A stretch of DNA of 64,000 nucleotides from an uncultured delta proteobacterium. Its GTDB lineage: Bacteria; Desulfobacterota; Desulfobacteria; Desulfobacterales; QNYZ01. Below the pieces are notes generated by a model, which did no database searches, was not told the DNA's origin, and was given only the letters and a program-made list of their open reading frames with translations. Of this stretch, positions 41,970 through 53,717 are shown one piece after another. Location: NCBI GenBank assembly GCA_963845145.1, contig CAWJQU010000001.1, positions 32,001-96,000 on the forward strand, written 5' to 3'. Both the position numbers and the translations under genes were made by a program. Position 1 is the first letter of the stretch. The number at the start of each line of letters is the position of its first letter.

Positions 41970-43151
41970 TTAGCGGTATCTGTTAAACGCCCGTTGAAAT
42001 CCCGGCATGGCGTTGGTAATGGTATCGTCCTCCACACAATAAGCAATTCTGAAGTGACCGGGACCACCGAATCCGCTGCCGGGGACGACCAGGATCAGCT
42101 CCTCCGTCAAGGCCTGGGCAAAAGCGACATCATCGGCGATAGGTGCTTTGGGAAAGAGATAAAAAGCGCCCGGCGGCTTGGTAAAATCATAGCCACAGTC
42201 GGCTAACCCATCACAAAGCAAATCCCGTTTGCGCTTATATTCTCCAATATCTACCGTATCGCCCTGCATTTTCGCCACCACCCGCTGCATCAACGCCGGC
42301 GCATTGACGAAACCGAGAATCCGGTTGGCCAGAGCGACACCTGCCCGCAATTGCTTTTTATAGGTCGCTGCCGGGTTTAGGGCGACAAAGCCGATGCGTT
42401 CCCCCGGAATGGAGATATCCTTAGAATAAGAGGTACACAGGATTGTTTCCTTATATCCGTCGAAAATGCTGGGAATCGGGGTGTCGTCAAACACGATCTT
42501 TCGATAAGGCTCATCGGAAATCAAATAAACAGTACGCCCGATTTTTTTCGACCAGGTTTCCAGCAGTTCACCCAAGGCGGCCAATTCTTCCTTGGTATAA
42601 ATCTGTCCGGTGGGATTATTGGGCGAATTTACGATCACGGCTTTGGTTTTTTCAGTCAGCGCATTTTCTAAACCGGCCAAATCAAGGGAAAAATCTTCCT
42701 TGGTTGGGACCACCTTCAGAACGCCCCCATGGTTATCGGCATAAAAACGGTATTCAACGAAATAGGGTGCCGGCGTGATGAGTTCATCCCCCGGATCCAG
42801 AATGGCCTTAAAAACAATATTCAGGGCGCCCGCCGCACCAACGGTCATGGTGATGTCGTCACCGGTTATATCGACCCCCTGCTCCTTTTTTAGAAACGTG
42901 GCAATGGCGTTGCGTGTCTGCGGATAACCGACATTTGGCATGTAGCCGTGCCCGCCGCTTTCCAGATCCGCCACCGTTTCTTTAATAATTTTTTCAAACT
43001 GTGCCGGCGGTGGCACATTGGGGTTTCCGAGACTGAAATCAAACACGTTCGCCGCCCCGTGCTGCTGCTTTAACTGCGTTCCAGCCTCAAACATCTTGCG
43101 AATCCAAGATGAATTCTCGATAAACCCCTCTACTTTTTTTGCAATGGTCAT
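41970..43151 (-). CDS. Class I/II PLP aminotransferase (aspartate aminotransferase-like)
   Basis: SSWIRKMFE, NSPNNPTG, DEPY, SYSKDISIPGERIG. Confidence 0.9.
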   Translation of the reverse strand: MTIAKKVEGFIENSSWIRKMFEAGTQLKQQHGAANVFDFSLGNPNVPPPAQFEKIIKETVADLESGGHGYMPNVGYPQTRNAIATFLKKEQGVDITGDDITMTVGAAGALNIVFKAILDPGDELITPAPYFVEYRFYADNHGGVLKVVPTKEDFSLDLAGLENALTEKTKAVIVNSPNNPTGQIYTKEELAALGELLETWSKKIGRTVYLISDEPYRKIVFDDTPIPSIFDGYKETILCTSYSKDISIPGERIGFVALNPAATYKKQLRAGVALANRILGFVNAPALMQRVVAKMQGDTVDIGEYKRKRDLLCDGLADCGYDFTKPPGAFYLFPKAPIADDVAFAQALTEELILVVPGSGFGGPGHFRIAYCVEDDTITNAMPGFQRAFNRYR

Positions 43152-43220
43152 CTAATACTCCTTTGAATTATCAATTATCCGTTTATATCGTTTGTGGCTT
43201 TTCCGTTTAATGTCGACGGT

Positions 43221-44021
43221 TTAATGCTGATAAGGTTTCACTAAAGATTTCAGAGCGCCGAAAACCGATTTTCCCTTTTTGGCGGCATCGGCATGGCCGT
43301 CGACGATCTGGTGAAAGAGATCCATTTTCTCCTTGTCGGATGGGTCGATGGGCGTGTCGATCCATTTTAAGGTGTTGCGAACTTTATCGTAGATAACCAT
43401 GGGCCCTACCACGGTCTTGCCAGTGGTATCCGTCTGCAGGCCACCCAGGACAAGATGGTGGGGCACCTGAAATGCTTTAGGCGCGTCCCGATATTCAAGT
43501 AATTCGGCGAACAACCCCAACGCCTCTAACACACCGTCGGCATATTGATTTTCAAAAGAAGCCTGCCCCTCTTTTTGAATCTGGTCAAGGTCTTCCATTG
43601 TGTAAGCCAAATCCAGACCGTCAACGATATCCGTTTGAACCGTCTGGACGGAGTCGGCCTTTTTACTCAATACCACATCCTTGTCACTTAAAATCTTGAT
43701 GGCATTACGAATACTGATCATCTCCTTGACGGTGGGGCTTTTACGAAGACAGACATCTTTGATGCTCGTGTTATAAATTCCCAGTCCGTTATCCAGCACA
43801 AGGATTTTCTTTTTGTCCGCATCATTTTCCAAATTATTTTCCAGGATGTAAAGATCCATATCCCGTTCACGTCGAACCGAGTATTCGCCCATGGCGAGCA
43901 ATTTTTGCATGGCCGCCTTATCAAACCGGCTACCGCTGTCGGGTTGATTGAGGGAGCGAATAACCCGGCCGGCCAATTGATCGATATCGATTTTTTTTAA
44001 TAGGTTTTCTTTAAAGCCCAT
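43221..44021 (-). CDS. Conserved-looking hypothetical protein
   Basis: 266-aa ORF, GGGAG RBS, in an operon-like run. Confidence 0.7.
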   Translation of the reverse strand: MGFKENLLKKIDIDQLAGRVIRSLNQPDSGSRFDKAAMQKLLAMGEYSVRRERDMDLYILENNLENDADKKKILVLDNGLGIYNTSIKDVCLRKSPTVKEMISIRNAIKILSDKDVVLSKKADSVQTVQTDIVDGLDLAYTMEDLDQIQKEGQASFENQYADGVLEALGLFAELLEYRDAPKAFQVPHHLVLGGLQTDTTGKTVVGPMVIYDKVRNTLKWIDTPIDPSDKEKMDLFHQIVDGHADAAKKGKSVFGALKSLVKPYQH

Positions 44022-44050
44022 TCAACCCGTTCTCCCTATTCGTTGATTCA

Positions 44051-44773
44051 TTAAAAAGCCGTCTGCCCCGCCTGTTTGCGCTTGTCCTCACTTTTCTGAA
44101 TTCGCCCTTGTTCCCCCTTAATTAATTCATCGATATTGGTACCGTAATAGATGGCAATACGATATTCCGGATCGCCGAAGCGATCCAATACACGGGAAAC
44201 GATGAGATAGTCCTGTTCGTTTTGCCAAAAGTAGGATTGCCCCGGCTGATGTGACCAGGTGATCTCTTCCGGCGCCCCATATTTATCACGCATGGTTTCA
44301 AGAATACCGCTGCCCTCCTTGCGGGAAATAATATAAAAGAATAGCGGCTTTTGGCTTTGTCCGGAAAAAAGAAGCTGAACCTTTTTAAATAACTGGCTTT
44401 TTTTCTGAGGATAACGGAACATCAATTTAATGGTATCGTGTTCCACCCGGGCGCCTCTATCATCATTTAACAGTAAATTGAATTGATGAATCGGCTTAAA
44501 ATAGGCTTCGATAAACCCCTGATAATTGGTCTCCAAATCAATGGGCGTACGTGTAAACACAGCATCAGGGCCAAGGGAAGCGCTCAATTGGTCCCGGAGA
44601 GACCTGGAATAACGCGAGTCTGCACTCAGGTTAAGAAAGGTAAAACCCGTAGCATCGGCAGAGGAGATGGGCTCGGAGGGTTTCTCATCACAGCCGATAA
44701 AGATAAAAGGGGCAATTATCCACAAGCAAACAAGGATCCAAAAAATATTTCTGCTTAATCGCATGGTCACCAA
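44051..44773 (-). CDS. Putative lipoprotein
   Basis: Hydrophobic N-terminus ending FIGC lipobox. Confidence 0.65.
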   Translation of the reverse strand: MVTMRLSRNIFWILVCLWIIAPFIFIGCDEKPSEPISSADATGFTFLNLSADSRYSRSLRDQLSASLGPDAVFTRTPIDLETNYQGFIEAYFKPIHQFNLLLNDDRGARVEHDTIKLMFRYPQKKSQLFKKVQLLFSGQSQKPLFFYIISRKEGSGILETMRDKYGAPEEITWSHQPGQSYFWQNEQDYLIVSRVLDRFGDPEYRIAIYYGTNIDELIKGEQGRIQKSEDKRKQAGQTAF

Positions 44774-44886
44774 TGGGTTTGATTTAGTGGGTTTGATTTA
44801 GTCTGTCTTAAGAAGCAAAGCCGTTATTGTTTCTCAATATATACGGTTTTTTAACCACACGGTCAAGGTGGCCGATTCGCCGCCCT

Positions 44887-45047
44887 AGGGAAATCGCAAG
44901 TAAAATTCAAAAAGCATGGTTGATATTTGCGATTGCCCCGACATAAACACACCCATTATGGGATTTCGGGCGGTCTCAAAATGGATTCTTTTTAAAAGAC
45001 CACGCGAAACCCAATAATGGATGACATTTCGTATGAGCAATCCCTTG
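44887..45047. repeat. Cluster of intergenic palindromes
   Basis: GGGAAATCGCAAGTA...TATTTGCGATTGCCC and CCATTATGGGATTTCG..GGTCT...AGACC..CGAAACCCAATAATGG stems. Confidence 0.65.
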
Positions 45048-45085
45048 TGGTTACCCTGGCTCAATGAGCGAATGCGCTTGAGTTT

Positions 45086-46168
45086 ATGGATTTTGATGCT
45101 AAACTGCCGAGTTTAACGCAATTAAAAAATCAGGGTCTTAAGATGCAAAAATGGATGAGCGGTGATCATTATTCAATTGCCCAAATGACGGGGCAGCGCC
45201 TGATGGTGGGTTTCGATGGGACGACATTGACCCAGGACCTGAAATATCTGATCGATACCTTACAGGTTGGTGGTATCATTCTTTTTAGCCGAAACATTCA
45301 GGCTCCGGACCAATTGGCAGAATTGTGCCGTTCCGCCCAGGACCATGCCCTCACCTGCGGCCAGCCCCCACTTTTCATCGCCGTAGATCAGGAGGGTGGC
45401 AAGGTGGCCCGCTTGCGTTCCCCCTTTACCGAGTTTGATGGCAATCCCGCCATGCGTGACGAAAGCGATGCCGTCTCTTTTTCTACCATCACCGCCCGGG
45501 AACTGAAAAGCGTTGGGATTAACATGAACATGGCTCCGGTCATGGATGTGGCTTTTCCCGATGTGGACAGCATCATGGCTGAGCGGGCATTTGGGGGCGA
45601 CCCGGCCATAATAGCGCGAATGGGCGCAGTGGTCATCGATCAATTGCAGGAAAACAGAATTATGGCTGTAGCCAAACATTTTCCAGGTATCGGCCGGACC
45701 ACGCTGGATTCGCATCTCGACCGACCTCATCTCAATACGCATCCGGAAAAGCTCTTGAACACGGATTTGGTTCCGTTTAATGCGGCCATCCAACATAATG
45801 TAACCGGTATCATGCTTTCTCATATTGTTTACGAAAAAATAGACGCCCGCTGGCCGGCCAGCCTGTCACCTTCAATCGCCAACCTACTGTTGCGAAAACA
45901 GTTGGGATATGAGGGCCTTATCCTCACCGATGACCTCGACATGGGGGCGATCAAAAAACATTATGCCATCGAAACCGTTTTCACACAGATCATGGCCGCC
46001 GATATCGACCAGGCCTTGATCTGCCATCGCAGCCCGGATATGGAAATGGCCATTGAAAAAATGACATCCGCCGCAACCGATACCCCTGACCTGGAAGAAC
46101 GGTGCCGGCAGTCGCTTGACCGAATTCTGGCCTTGAAAGCATCTTACCTCGGAGAAAACGGCATATGA
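45086..46168 (+). CDS. nagZ: Beta-N-acetylhexosaminidase (GH3); start probably a downstream ATG
   Basis: DQEGGKVAR, KHFPGIG....DSH, LTDDLDMGA. Confidence 0.9.
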   Translation: MDFDAKLPSLTQLKNQGLKMQKWMSGDHYSIAQMTGQRLMVGFDGTTLTQDLKYLIDTLQVGGIILFSRNIQAPDQLAELCRSAQDHALTCGQPPLFIAVDQEGGKVARLRSPFTEFDGNPAMRDESDAVSFSTITARELKSVGINMNMAPVMDVAFPDVDSIMAERAFGGDPAIIARMGAVVIDQLQENRIMAVAKHFPGIGRTTLDSHLDRPHLNTHPEKLLNTDLVPFNAAIQHNVTGIMLSHIVYEKIDARWPASLSPSIANLLLRKQLGYEGLILTDDLDMGAIKKHYAIETVFTQIMAADIDQALICHRSPDMEMAIEKMTSAATDTPDLEERCRQSLDRILALKASYLGENGI

Positions 46169-46203
46169 AATGAATTGCTAAGAAAAGAAGTATTTACAAA
46201 ACT

Positions 46204-47202
46204 TTAAATGCGCATGCGGGAATAGACATCATCGGTCAGGTTCCCTTTTGATCCCGCCTGCAAATGGTGGTACCCGGCCGCCGCAATCATGGCGGCGTTA
46301 TCCTGGCACAAATCAAGGGGTGGAACGTGGATCGACAGATTTTTTTTGGCTGCCCCGGCCGACAGTCGCTGCCGCAATCGTAAATTAGCTGCCACACCGC
46401 CCACCAAGGCAACGCGTTGGCATTGTTTATGTTTGGCCGCACGGATCACTTTATCCACCAGGACATCCACAACAGCCTCCTGAAACTCGGCAGCAACATC
46501 GCATTTAGCCTGCGCATCGGTAATGTTGTGATCTTCCACATGACGTCGTACGGCCGATTTTAATCCACTGAAGCTGAAATCAAATCGATCTCGTTCGAGA
46601 TAAGGACGCGGAAATGCCATCCGACCACACGAGCCCTTGACCGCCATTTCGCCGATAATGCTTCCCCCCGGATAGCCAAGACCGAGTAGTTTGGCCACCT
46701 TATCAAACGCTTCGCCGGCGGCATCGTCGCGGGTTTGTCCCATGAGTTCGGCCTTAATGTGGCTGGTCACGTAATATATGTTGGTGTGCCCTCCCGAAAC
46801 CAGTAGGGCGACAAATGGAAACGCGGGGGCCTTGTCCGCCAAAAAAACGGAATTTAGATGTCCCTCAAGGTGATTGACCCCGATCCAGGGCTTATCCAGG
46901 GCATATGCATATGCCTTCGCAAAGGAAAACCCGACCAGCAAGGCGCCTACTAATCCCGGCCCTTGCGTGACGGCCACGCCATCAATCTGCGAAGGATCCA
47001 GGCCCGCTTGATCCAGAGCTTCGGCCACCACCGTCCCGATGGCTTCCATATGCCGGCGTGACGCCAGCTCGGGAACGACGCCGCCGTATGGGTGATGGAC
47101 CTCTACCTGGGAAGCCACGATCGAGGCCATCAATTGGTGGCCGTCAATCACGACGGCCGCCGCAGTTTCATCACACGATGATTCGATACCGAGAACAATC
47201 AT
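46204..47202 (-). CDS. tsaD: tRNA N6-adenosine threonylcarbamoyltransferase
   Basis: LGIESSCDET, GGVVPELASR.H, HLEGH, DDAAGEAFDK, DNAAMI. Confidence 0.95.
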   Translation of the reverse strand: MIVLGIESSCDETAAAVVIDGHQLMASIVASQVEVHHPYGGVVPELASRRHMEAIGTVVAEALDQAGLDPSQIDGVAVTQGPGLVGALLVGFSFAKAYAYALDKPWIGVNHLEGHLNSVFLADKAPAFPFVALLVSGGHTNIYYVTSHIKAELMGQTRDDAAGEAFDKVAKLLGLGYPGGSIIGEMAVKGSCGRMAFPRPYLERDRFDFSFSGLKSAVRRHVEDHNITDAQAKCDVAAEFQEAVVDVLVDKVIRAAKHKQCQRVALVGGVAANLRLRQRLSAGAAKKNLSIHVPPLDLCQDNAAMIAAAGYHHLQAGSKGNLTDDVYSRMRI

Positions 47203-49032
47203 GACTGCTCCATGTAAATATCATCGACCTGCACCCTAAATTGTTTCAAGGAGAGGCCCTTCTTTCGGCAAAACCGTTTGATGCGGGCCAGGTCGGCGCC
47301 ATGTGTGTCATCGAAGGAGACCAGCAAGGTCGTCACCGGATGTTTGGCAAGAATGTCGCCAAGATCTGCGAACGTCCCCATGATTGGATAGCCCTGCAAT
47401 TTTTTACCGGCCTTCGAGCGGATCGTCGTCGATGAAGCCAAGGGGCTTTAAAGCGAGCGCTTTATTGTTTAAAATCTCCCTGAGAAGGATTTCTCCCCCG
47501 CGGCCGGCACCGTAGATGACCGTCATTGCCCCGGCGAGTGTTTTCCGCTTCATCATATCCGATGAGAATCGGAAAAAACCGCGCGTTCCCAATAAAACCA
47601 GGTTGGTCAGCAGCCAGTCGATGATGAAAATCCCTTTTGAAAAATCTCTGAAACGGTAAAAATAGGTGACCACGGCGACACAGATAATGGTCGCCAGAGT
47701 GGACGCTTTTAGGCAAGCGCTGACATCATCGCTACTCATCTGGCCTAAAATATTGCGATAGACACCGGCAAAATAAAAAGCGATGAGCTTACAGATGATG
47801 ATTGCCGGAAGGGATTTAAGAAAGGTATCAAAATAAAAACCGAATACAATCGCATCAAACCGTAACCGGTAGGACATATAATAGGCAAAAGCGATCAATC
47901 CAAAATCTAAGATGATCATCACCAGTTGACGCTTATAGGTCAGTTCGATTAACACCGGGGTAAAGGTGCGGTCGCGAAGTACTGAAAATTCTTTTTCCGG
48001 GTAAACGCGCAATTGGGAAAGATAAACGCCCATGAGAATGGCGGAAAGCAATACCGGAATAATAACACCAGGTGAGGTCATTGAGTCGCTGCGGCTGACA
48101 AAAACGGCGGCCAAGCCTGAGATGATCCCAATACCGTATAAAGCCAGAACCGCTCCGCGTTCGGAAAATCCCATCAGGACCAGACGATGCGAGGTGTGAT
48201 CCCTGCCGCCCGTGGATGCTCTCCGCCCGCTCAGCAAGCGAACCATTGTGACCATCGTGGTATCTAAAAGAGGCACCATTATTAGCATAACCGGCACGGC
48301 ATACACCGCCAGCGAACGGGTCATCTGCAGATGGTCGGTATAGGTCAGGCTAAAAAAAGAAATGGCAAACCCAATGACCAGACTGCCGCAATCGCCCATG
48401 AATATGGATGCCGGATTAAAATTGTAACATAAAAAAGCCAGCAGGGCTGCAGCCATGATCAATGCGGCCAGGGCGACATCGACATGCGTGGGCCATAAGA
48501 TGACGGCCAGGGCAACCGAACAGATCAGGCCGATCCCGGCGCAAAGCCCGTCCATATTGTCAAGTAGATTAAAGGCGTTGGTGATGCCGACGATCCAGAT
48601 CATGGTCACCAGGGTATCCATGGTCATGGAGGTAAACCAGTAGAGCCGATAACCGAAAAAAGTGACCACCGCGGCCACCAGAATCTGTCCTAAAAGCTTG
48701 GCATGGGGTTTAATATGAATAAAATCGTCAACCAGCCCCAGTATAAATAATAACGTGGCACCGGTTAAGAGGACTGCATTGGCCGGCATCCGTGGCAAAT
48801 CGGACCCGCGGGCGTTGAAAAAGGCGGCGATCGCTGCAAAATCAAGTGCCGGCAAAAGGGATATTAAAACAGCCGTATAGATGGCGATCCCCCCCATCAA
48901 AGCGGTGGGACGGGTATGCCATCGATCCTTCACCGGAGCAGCCAGCCAGCCCTTTGCACGGGCAAGACGCTGAATAGCCGGTGTCAAAATAAGGCAGATA
49001 AGAAAAGCGGTTGGAACCAAAAGATACGGCAT
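47199..49032 (-). CDS. WecA/MraY-like polyprenyl-phosphate HexNAc-1-P transferase fused to a CoA-binding-like domain (frameshift near 47420)
   Basis: GLVDD, NAFNLLDNMDGL, FMGDCGS, HTSHRL; C-terminal IYGAGRGG..GFIDDDP continuing in ORF 47199-47441. Confidence 0.82.
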
Positions 49033-49275
49033 CAGTTTACCGATTTTTTTGACCTGTTTTAACAACCCGCCGGGTGTTGGAAGGCGTGGCCCCTCAGGTA
49101 TGACAAAGCGGCACTCCCTGCTGACCATTGGCAACCCAGTGCATCAGCCGAACAAAAAGATTCGATATTTTTGAGAAGTGTCGTTTTATGGAGAGATACC
49201 CGGATCGCTTAGCCGGATCGTCCTTTTGGTCGGTGATCGAGCCTGGTTTTGGATCGAGCCTTGATGGGTAAAGCG

Positions 49276-50322
49276 TCATGATTGCCAGACAACCCGATCA
49301 TCAGTGCCTTTGCCGTCTAACACTTCACCAATCACAAAGACCTTTTCATCCATGGCCGTGAGGCGTTCAAGGAGTTCCTGGACAGTGGGTTCCGGCACGA
49401 TCAACACCATTCCAATCCCGTTGTTAAAGGTGCGCATCATCTCCAGGAATTCGATATTTCCTGCCGATTGTAAAAAATTAAAAATGGGTGGTACTTCCCA
49501 GCTGTCGCGATAAATGGCAATATTGCAGGCCTTGGGGATCACGCGAATGATATTTTCAGCGATGCCCCCACCAGTGATATGGGCCAGCCCATGGATCGGA
49601 AAGTCCCTCAAAACACTCTGGATAATTTCGGAATAGATCCGGGTTGGTCGCAATAACGCCTCACCCAGGGTGGTACCCAGATCCGGCACATGGCTATCAA
49701 CGGTTAGTTTTAATAGGTCGAAACAGATTTTCCGAACCAGCGAGTACCCGTTGCTGTGAACGCCATTGGCGGCAATCCCGATAAGCTGGTGGCCCACGCC
49801 GATCTCAGAACCGTCAACAATGTGTCGGTTGTCCACCATGCCCACAGAAAATCCGGCCAGATCATACTCATTTTCCGCATACATGCCGGGCATTTCCGCC
49901 GTCTCGCCACCGATCAGGGCGCACTTGGCTTGCCGGCAACCCTCGCCGATACCCTCGATGACGGCAGTGGCGGTAGCGGTATTTAAGCAGCCCATGGACA
50001 GATAATCGAGAAAAAATAGCGGTTTGGCGCCTTGAACGGCAATGTCATTGACGCACATAGCCACAAGGTCGATACCGATGGTATCATGCTTGTCCATCAA
50101 AAAGGCGATCTTCAACTTGGTTCCCACACCGTCAGTGGCACTGACCAGAACCGGCATGTCCATGCCGCTGACGTTTAAGGAGAACATGCCCCCGAAACCA
50201 CCGATATCGCCCATCACACCCGCACGAAAGGTCTTTTGGGCGATCTGTTTGACCGTGGTGACAAATCGGTTTCCCTTATCAATATCCACCCCGGAATCGG
50301 CATACGTCAATGTTTTGGCCAT
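49276..50322 (-). CDS. purM: Phosphoribosylformylglycinamidine cyclo-ligase
   Basis: TYADSGVDI, TDGVGTK, GGETAEMPG, HITGGG, RTFNNGIG. Confidence 0.95.
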   Translation of the reverse strand: MAKTLTYADSGVDIDKGNRFVTTVKQIAQKTFRAGVMGDIGGFGGMFSLNVSGMDMPVLVSATDGVGTKLKIAFLMDKHDTIGIDLVAMCVNDIAVQGAKPLFFLDYLSMGCLNTATATAVIEGIGEGCRQAKCALIGGETAEMPGMYAENEYDLAGFSVGMVDNRHIVDGSEIGVGHQLIGIAANGVHSNGYSLVRKICFDLLKLTVDSHVPDLGTTLGEALLRPTRIYSEIIQSVLRDFPIHGLAHITGGGIAENIIRVIPKACNIAIYRDSWEVPPIFNFLQSAGNIEFLEMMRTFNNGIGMVLIVPEPTVQELLERLTAMDEKVFVIGEVLDGKGTDDRVVWQS

Positions 50323-50477
50323 CTTCTGATCCTGTTCAAATGGGTTGTATAAATACAAAATGTTATTCCGGATGATGGTAAATGTCAAAACAAATTTTGA
50401 CTTTGAAATTCAAGTAATGTATGGAAATCAGACTTTTGGCGCGAACAAACAGCAATAGTTTAAAAAGGACTGGGACC

Positions 50478-51644
50478 ATGACAACATTTGCCAGACTCGA
50501 TCGGCTGCCGCCATATGTATTTGCCACCGTCAATGATCTGAAGATGAAAGCCCGGCGCGCGGGCGAAGATATCATCGATTTGGGAATGGGCAACCCGGAC
50601 CTGGCCACACCGGATCATATCGTCGCTAAACTCATTGAAGCGACACAAAAACCCCACAACCATCGTTATAGCGCATCCAGGGGTATAACCAAACTACGCC
50701 TGGCCATTTCCAACTGGTACAAACGGCGCTTCGATGTGGACATTGACCCGGAGACGGAGGCCATCGTTACCATCGGTGTCAAAGAAGGGATGTCGCACCT
50801 GATCCTCGTGGCGGTAAGACCCGGAGATGTGGTCTTTACGCCCAACCCGACCTACCCCATCCATCCCTACTCGGCCATTATCTCAGGCGGCGATGTACGC
50901 GGTATTCCGGTGGGACCCGAAGAGGATTTTTTCGAAAACCTGATCAATGCGACACGACAGACCTGGCCCCGGCCCAAAATCTTGATCCTTTCCTACCCCC
51001 ACAACCCCACTACCGAAGTCGTGGATCTGGCTTTCTTTGAAAAGGTCGTGGACTTTGCACGCGAGAATAAGATACTAATTATTCACGATTTTGCCTATGC
51101 CGATCTTGTTTACGACGGGTATCGCGCCCCCAGCATATTACAGATAAAGGGCGCCAAGGATGTCGCCGTTGAGTTTTTCTCCCTGTCCAAAAGTTATAGT
51201 ATGGCCGGCTGGCGGGTCGGCTTTTGTGTGGGCAATCGGGAGACAATTTTTGCCCTGCAACGGATTAAAAGCTACCTCGATTACGGTATTTTTCAACCGA
51301 TTCAGATTGCCGCCATCATCGCCTTGAACGGACCGACGGATTGTGTTGATGATATCAGAAATACATATAAAAGCCGCCGGGATACCCTGGTAACCGGCCT
51401 CAATCGCGCCGGCTGGCCAATCGAATCCCCCAAAGGGACCATGTTTGTATGGGCTAAAATACCGGAACCCTACCTCGCTATGGGCTCTGTGGAATTTTCC
51501 AAAATGCTCATCAACAAGGCCAAGGTGGCCGTGGCTCCGGGGCTCGGCTTCGGGGAATACGGCGACCAGTATGTGCGCTTTGCCCTGATTGAAAACGAGA
51601 TGCGGACCAACCAGGCTGTACGCGGCATCCGCAAAGTGCTGTAA
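50478..51644 (+). CDS. Class I/II aminotransferase (AlaC-like)
   Basis: [40 protein letters not shown]. Confidence 0.85.
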   Translation: MTTFARLDRLPPYVFATVNDLKMKARRAGEDIIDLGMGNPDLATPDHIVAKLIEATQKPHNHRYSASRGITKLRLAISNWYKRRFDVDIDPETEAIVTIGVKEGMSHLILVAVRPGDVVFTPNPTYPIHPYSAIISGGDVRGIPVGPEEDFFENLINATRQTWPRPKILILSYPHNPTTEVVDLAFFEKVVDFARENKILIIHDFAYADLVYDGYRAPSILQIKGAKDVAVEFFSLSKSYSMAGWRVGFCVGNRETIFALQRIKSYLDYGIFQPIQIAAIIALNGPTDCVDDIRNTYKSRRDTLVTGLNRAGWPIESPKGTMFVWAKIPEPYLAMGSVEFSKMLINKAKVAVAPGLGFGEYGDQYVRFALIENEMRTNQAVRGIRKVL

Positions 51645-51654
51645 GGAGACACGC

Positions 51655-52977
51655 ATGAGGCAAATCAATATAGGCTTGATCGGTTGCGGAACTGTGGGAA
51701 CCGGCGTGGCCAAAACATTGTTGGAAAAAATCGATTTGATTTCCGCCCGGGTAGGCGCCCGGCTTCATTTAAAATATGTGGCCGATATCGATATCACCAC
51801 CGATCGGGGATTTACGTTTCCCGAAAACGTGCTGACGACCGATGCCCAGGCGGTTATTGATGACCCGGAAACCGACATTGTTGTGGAGATGATCGGCGGC
51901 CAGGGGATCGCCAAAGATCTGATTTTGGATGCAATCTCGAAAAACAAGCATGTGGTTACAGCCAACAAGGCCCTGTTGGCCGCTCAGGGGAATACCATCT
52001 TTGCCGCCGCCGCAAAAAAAGGCGTCGACATCGGGTTTGAAGCCAGCACGGGGGGGTGCATGCCCGTCATCAAAACCTTGCGGGAATCACTGGTAAGCAA
52101 TCAGATTCAAGCCATCACCGGTATCCTAAACGGCACCTGTAACTATATTTTATCCCAAATTGCCGCCAAAGGCGTGACCTTTGAGGAGGCCCTGGCCGAA
52201 GCCCAAAACAAAGGGTATGCCGAGGCGGACCCTACCTTGGATGTAGAGGGCCACGATACCGCTCATAAACTGGCGATTTTGTCAGCGCTGGCGTATGGAA
52301 TGACGTTGAATTTAAAAGATATTTATGTGGAGGGTATTTCCGGGATTATGCCGCGTGACATCCGGTTTGCTGAAGAGTTTGGCTATCGCATCAAACTGCT
52401 GGCCATCAGTAAAAACAACGGCAACACAATCCAGGCCCGGGTTCATCCCACCATGATCCCTATAAATAACCTTCTATCCAGCGTCAACGGCGCCGTAAAC
52501 GCCCTGACAATCACCGCCGATGCCGTGGACGATATCATGCTGTACGGCTATGGGGCGGGTATGATGCCTACGGCCAGTGCCGTCGTGGCGGATTGCGTTG
52601 ACCTGGCCCGCAATATCATTTATGGCCGCGCCGGCCGGGTTCCCTATTTATCATATCAGGCTGAGAATATCCGCGACATACCGATCACGTCGATTGATGA
52701 CATAACGACTCGATACTATATTCGCTTTTTTGCCATCGATCAGCCCGGCGTTCTTTCAACCATATCGGGAATTCTCGGCAACCACGGCATCAGTATCCAA
52801 TCGGTTCAGCAAAGGGGCCGCAAAGTCAACGGATCGGTGCCCTTGGTAATGCTAACCCATCTGGCGAATGAAGCGGCGATTCAAAAAGCCCTGACTGAAA
52901 TTAAGGGATTGAATGTGGTCGACTCCCGATCGATGTTGATTCGAATCGAGGATAACGATACCTCGAACCCTGTTTGA
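51655..52977 (+). CDS. hom: Homoserine dehydrogenase with ACT domain
   Basis: GCGTVG, VVTANK, GILNGTCNYIL, EADP..DVEG.D..HK, DQPGVL. Confidence 0.94.
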   Translation: MRQINIGLIGCGTVGTGVAKTLLEKIDLISARVGARLHLKYVADIDITTDRGFTFPENVLTTDAQAVIDDPETDIVVEMIGGQGIAKDLILDAISKNKHVVTANKALLAAQGNTIFAAAAKKGVDIGFEASTGGCMPVIKTLRESLVSNQIQAITGILNGTCNYILSQIAAKGVTFEEALAEAQNKGYAEADPTLDVEGHDTAHKLAILSALAYGMTLNLKDIYVEGISGIMPRDIRFAEEFGYRIKLLAISKNNGNTIQARVHPTMIPINNLLSSVNGAVNALTITADAVDDIMLYGYGAGMMPTASAVVADCVDLARNIIYGRAGRVPYLSYQAENIRDIPITSIDDITTRYYIRFFAIDQPGVLSTISGILGNHGISIQSVQQRGRKVNGSVPLVMLTHLANEAAIQKALTEIKGLNVVDSRSMLIRIEDNDTSNPV

Positions 52978-53086
52978 AAGTGAGACATGGCGAGGGCCAA
53001 CCTGGACCTGCTGAATACGGAATGATAAAAAAACGTTTCAAATAGAACGGTTTGAAAATGAAGCCATTAAATACGAAAGAGAGCCT

Positions 53087-53692
53087 ATGTATATCGTTTG
53101 TGCTGATTTGGAAGGCGTCTTCACGCCCGAAGTCTGGATAAATGTGGCGGAGAAATGGGGAATTGAAAAGCTCCGCCTGACCACCCGAGACATTCCCGAT
53201 TATGACGTCCTAATGAATGGTCGCCTGGCGTTGTTGAAAGCGCACGGGCTGACACTCAAAGATATTCAGGACGTGATTGCCGGGTTGCAGCCGCTACCCG
53301 GAGCCAAAGCCTTTTTAGGTTGGCTTCGGGCAACCCTTCAGGTAATTATCGTATCGGATACCTTTACCGAATTTGCCAGCCCCTTAATGGAAAAACTCGA
53401 TTGGCCCGCCTTGTTTTGTCATGACCTCAGCGTCGATGATTCCGGTGCTATCAGCGGCTACAACCTTCGACAGACCCAGGCCAAGAAAAAAACCATGCTG
53501 GCCTTAAAAAGCCTCAATTTTAAAACCATCGGTATCGGCGATTCCTACAACGATATCGACATGATCAAAGCGGCCGACTGGGGTATTTTATTTCGACCAC
53601 CGCAAAATGTCATCGATGAATTCCCGGAATTACCCGTCACCACCACCTACAAGGAGTTAAAAGAGACCATTTTGCGCATTGTGTCGGGATAG
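53087..53692 (+). CDS. thrH: Phosphoserine phosphatase / homoserine phosphotransferase
   Basis: DLEGVFTPEVW, TTRDIPDYDVLM, GDSYND. Confidence 0.9.
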   Translation: MYIVCADLEGVFTPEVWINVAEKWGIEKLRLTTRDIPDYDVLMNGRLALLKAHGLTLKDIQDVIAGLQPLPGAKAFLGWLRATLQVIIVSDTFTEFASPLMEKLDWPALFCHDLSVDDSGAISGYNLRQTQAKKKTMLALKSLNFKTIGIGDSYNDIDMIKAADWGILFRPPQNVIDEFPELPVTTTYKELKETILRIVSG

Positions 53693-53717
53693 CCGCCGAT
53701 TTGAACGAAGAGGATGG

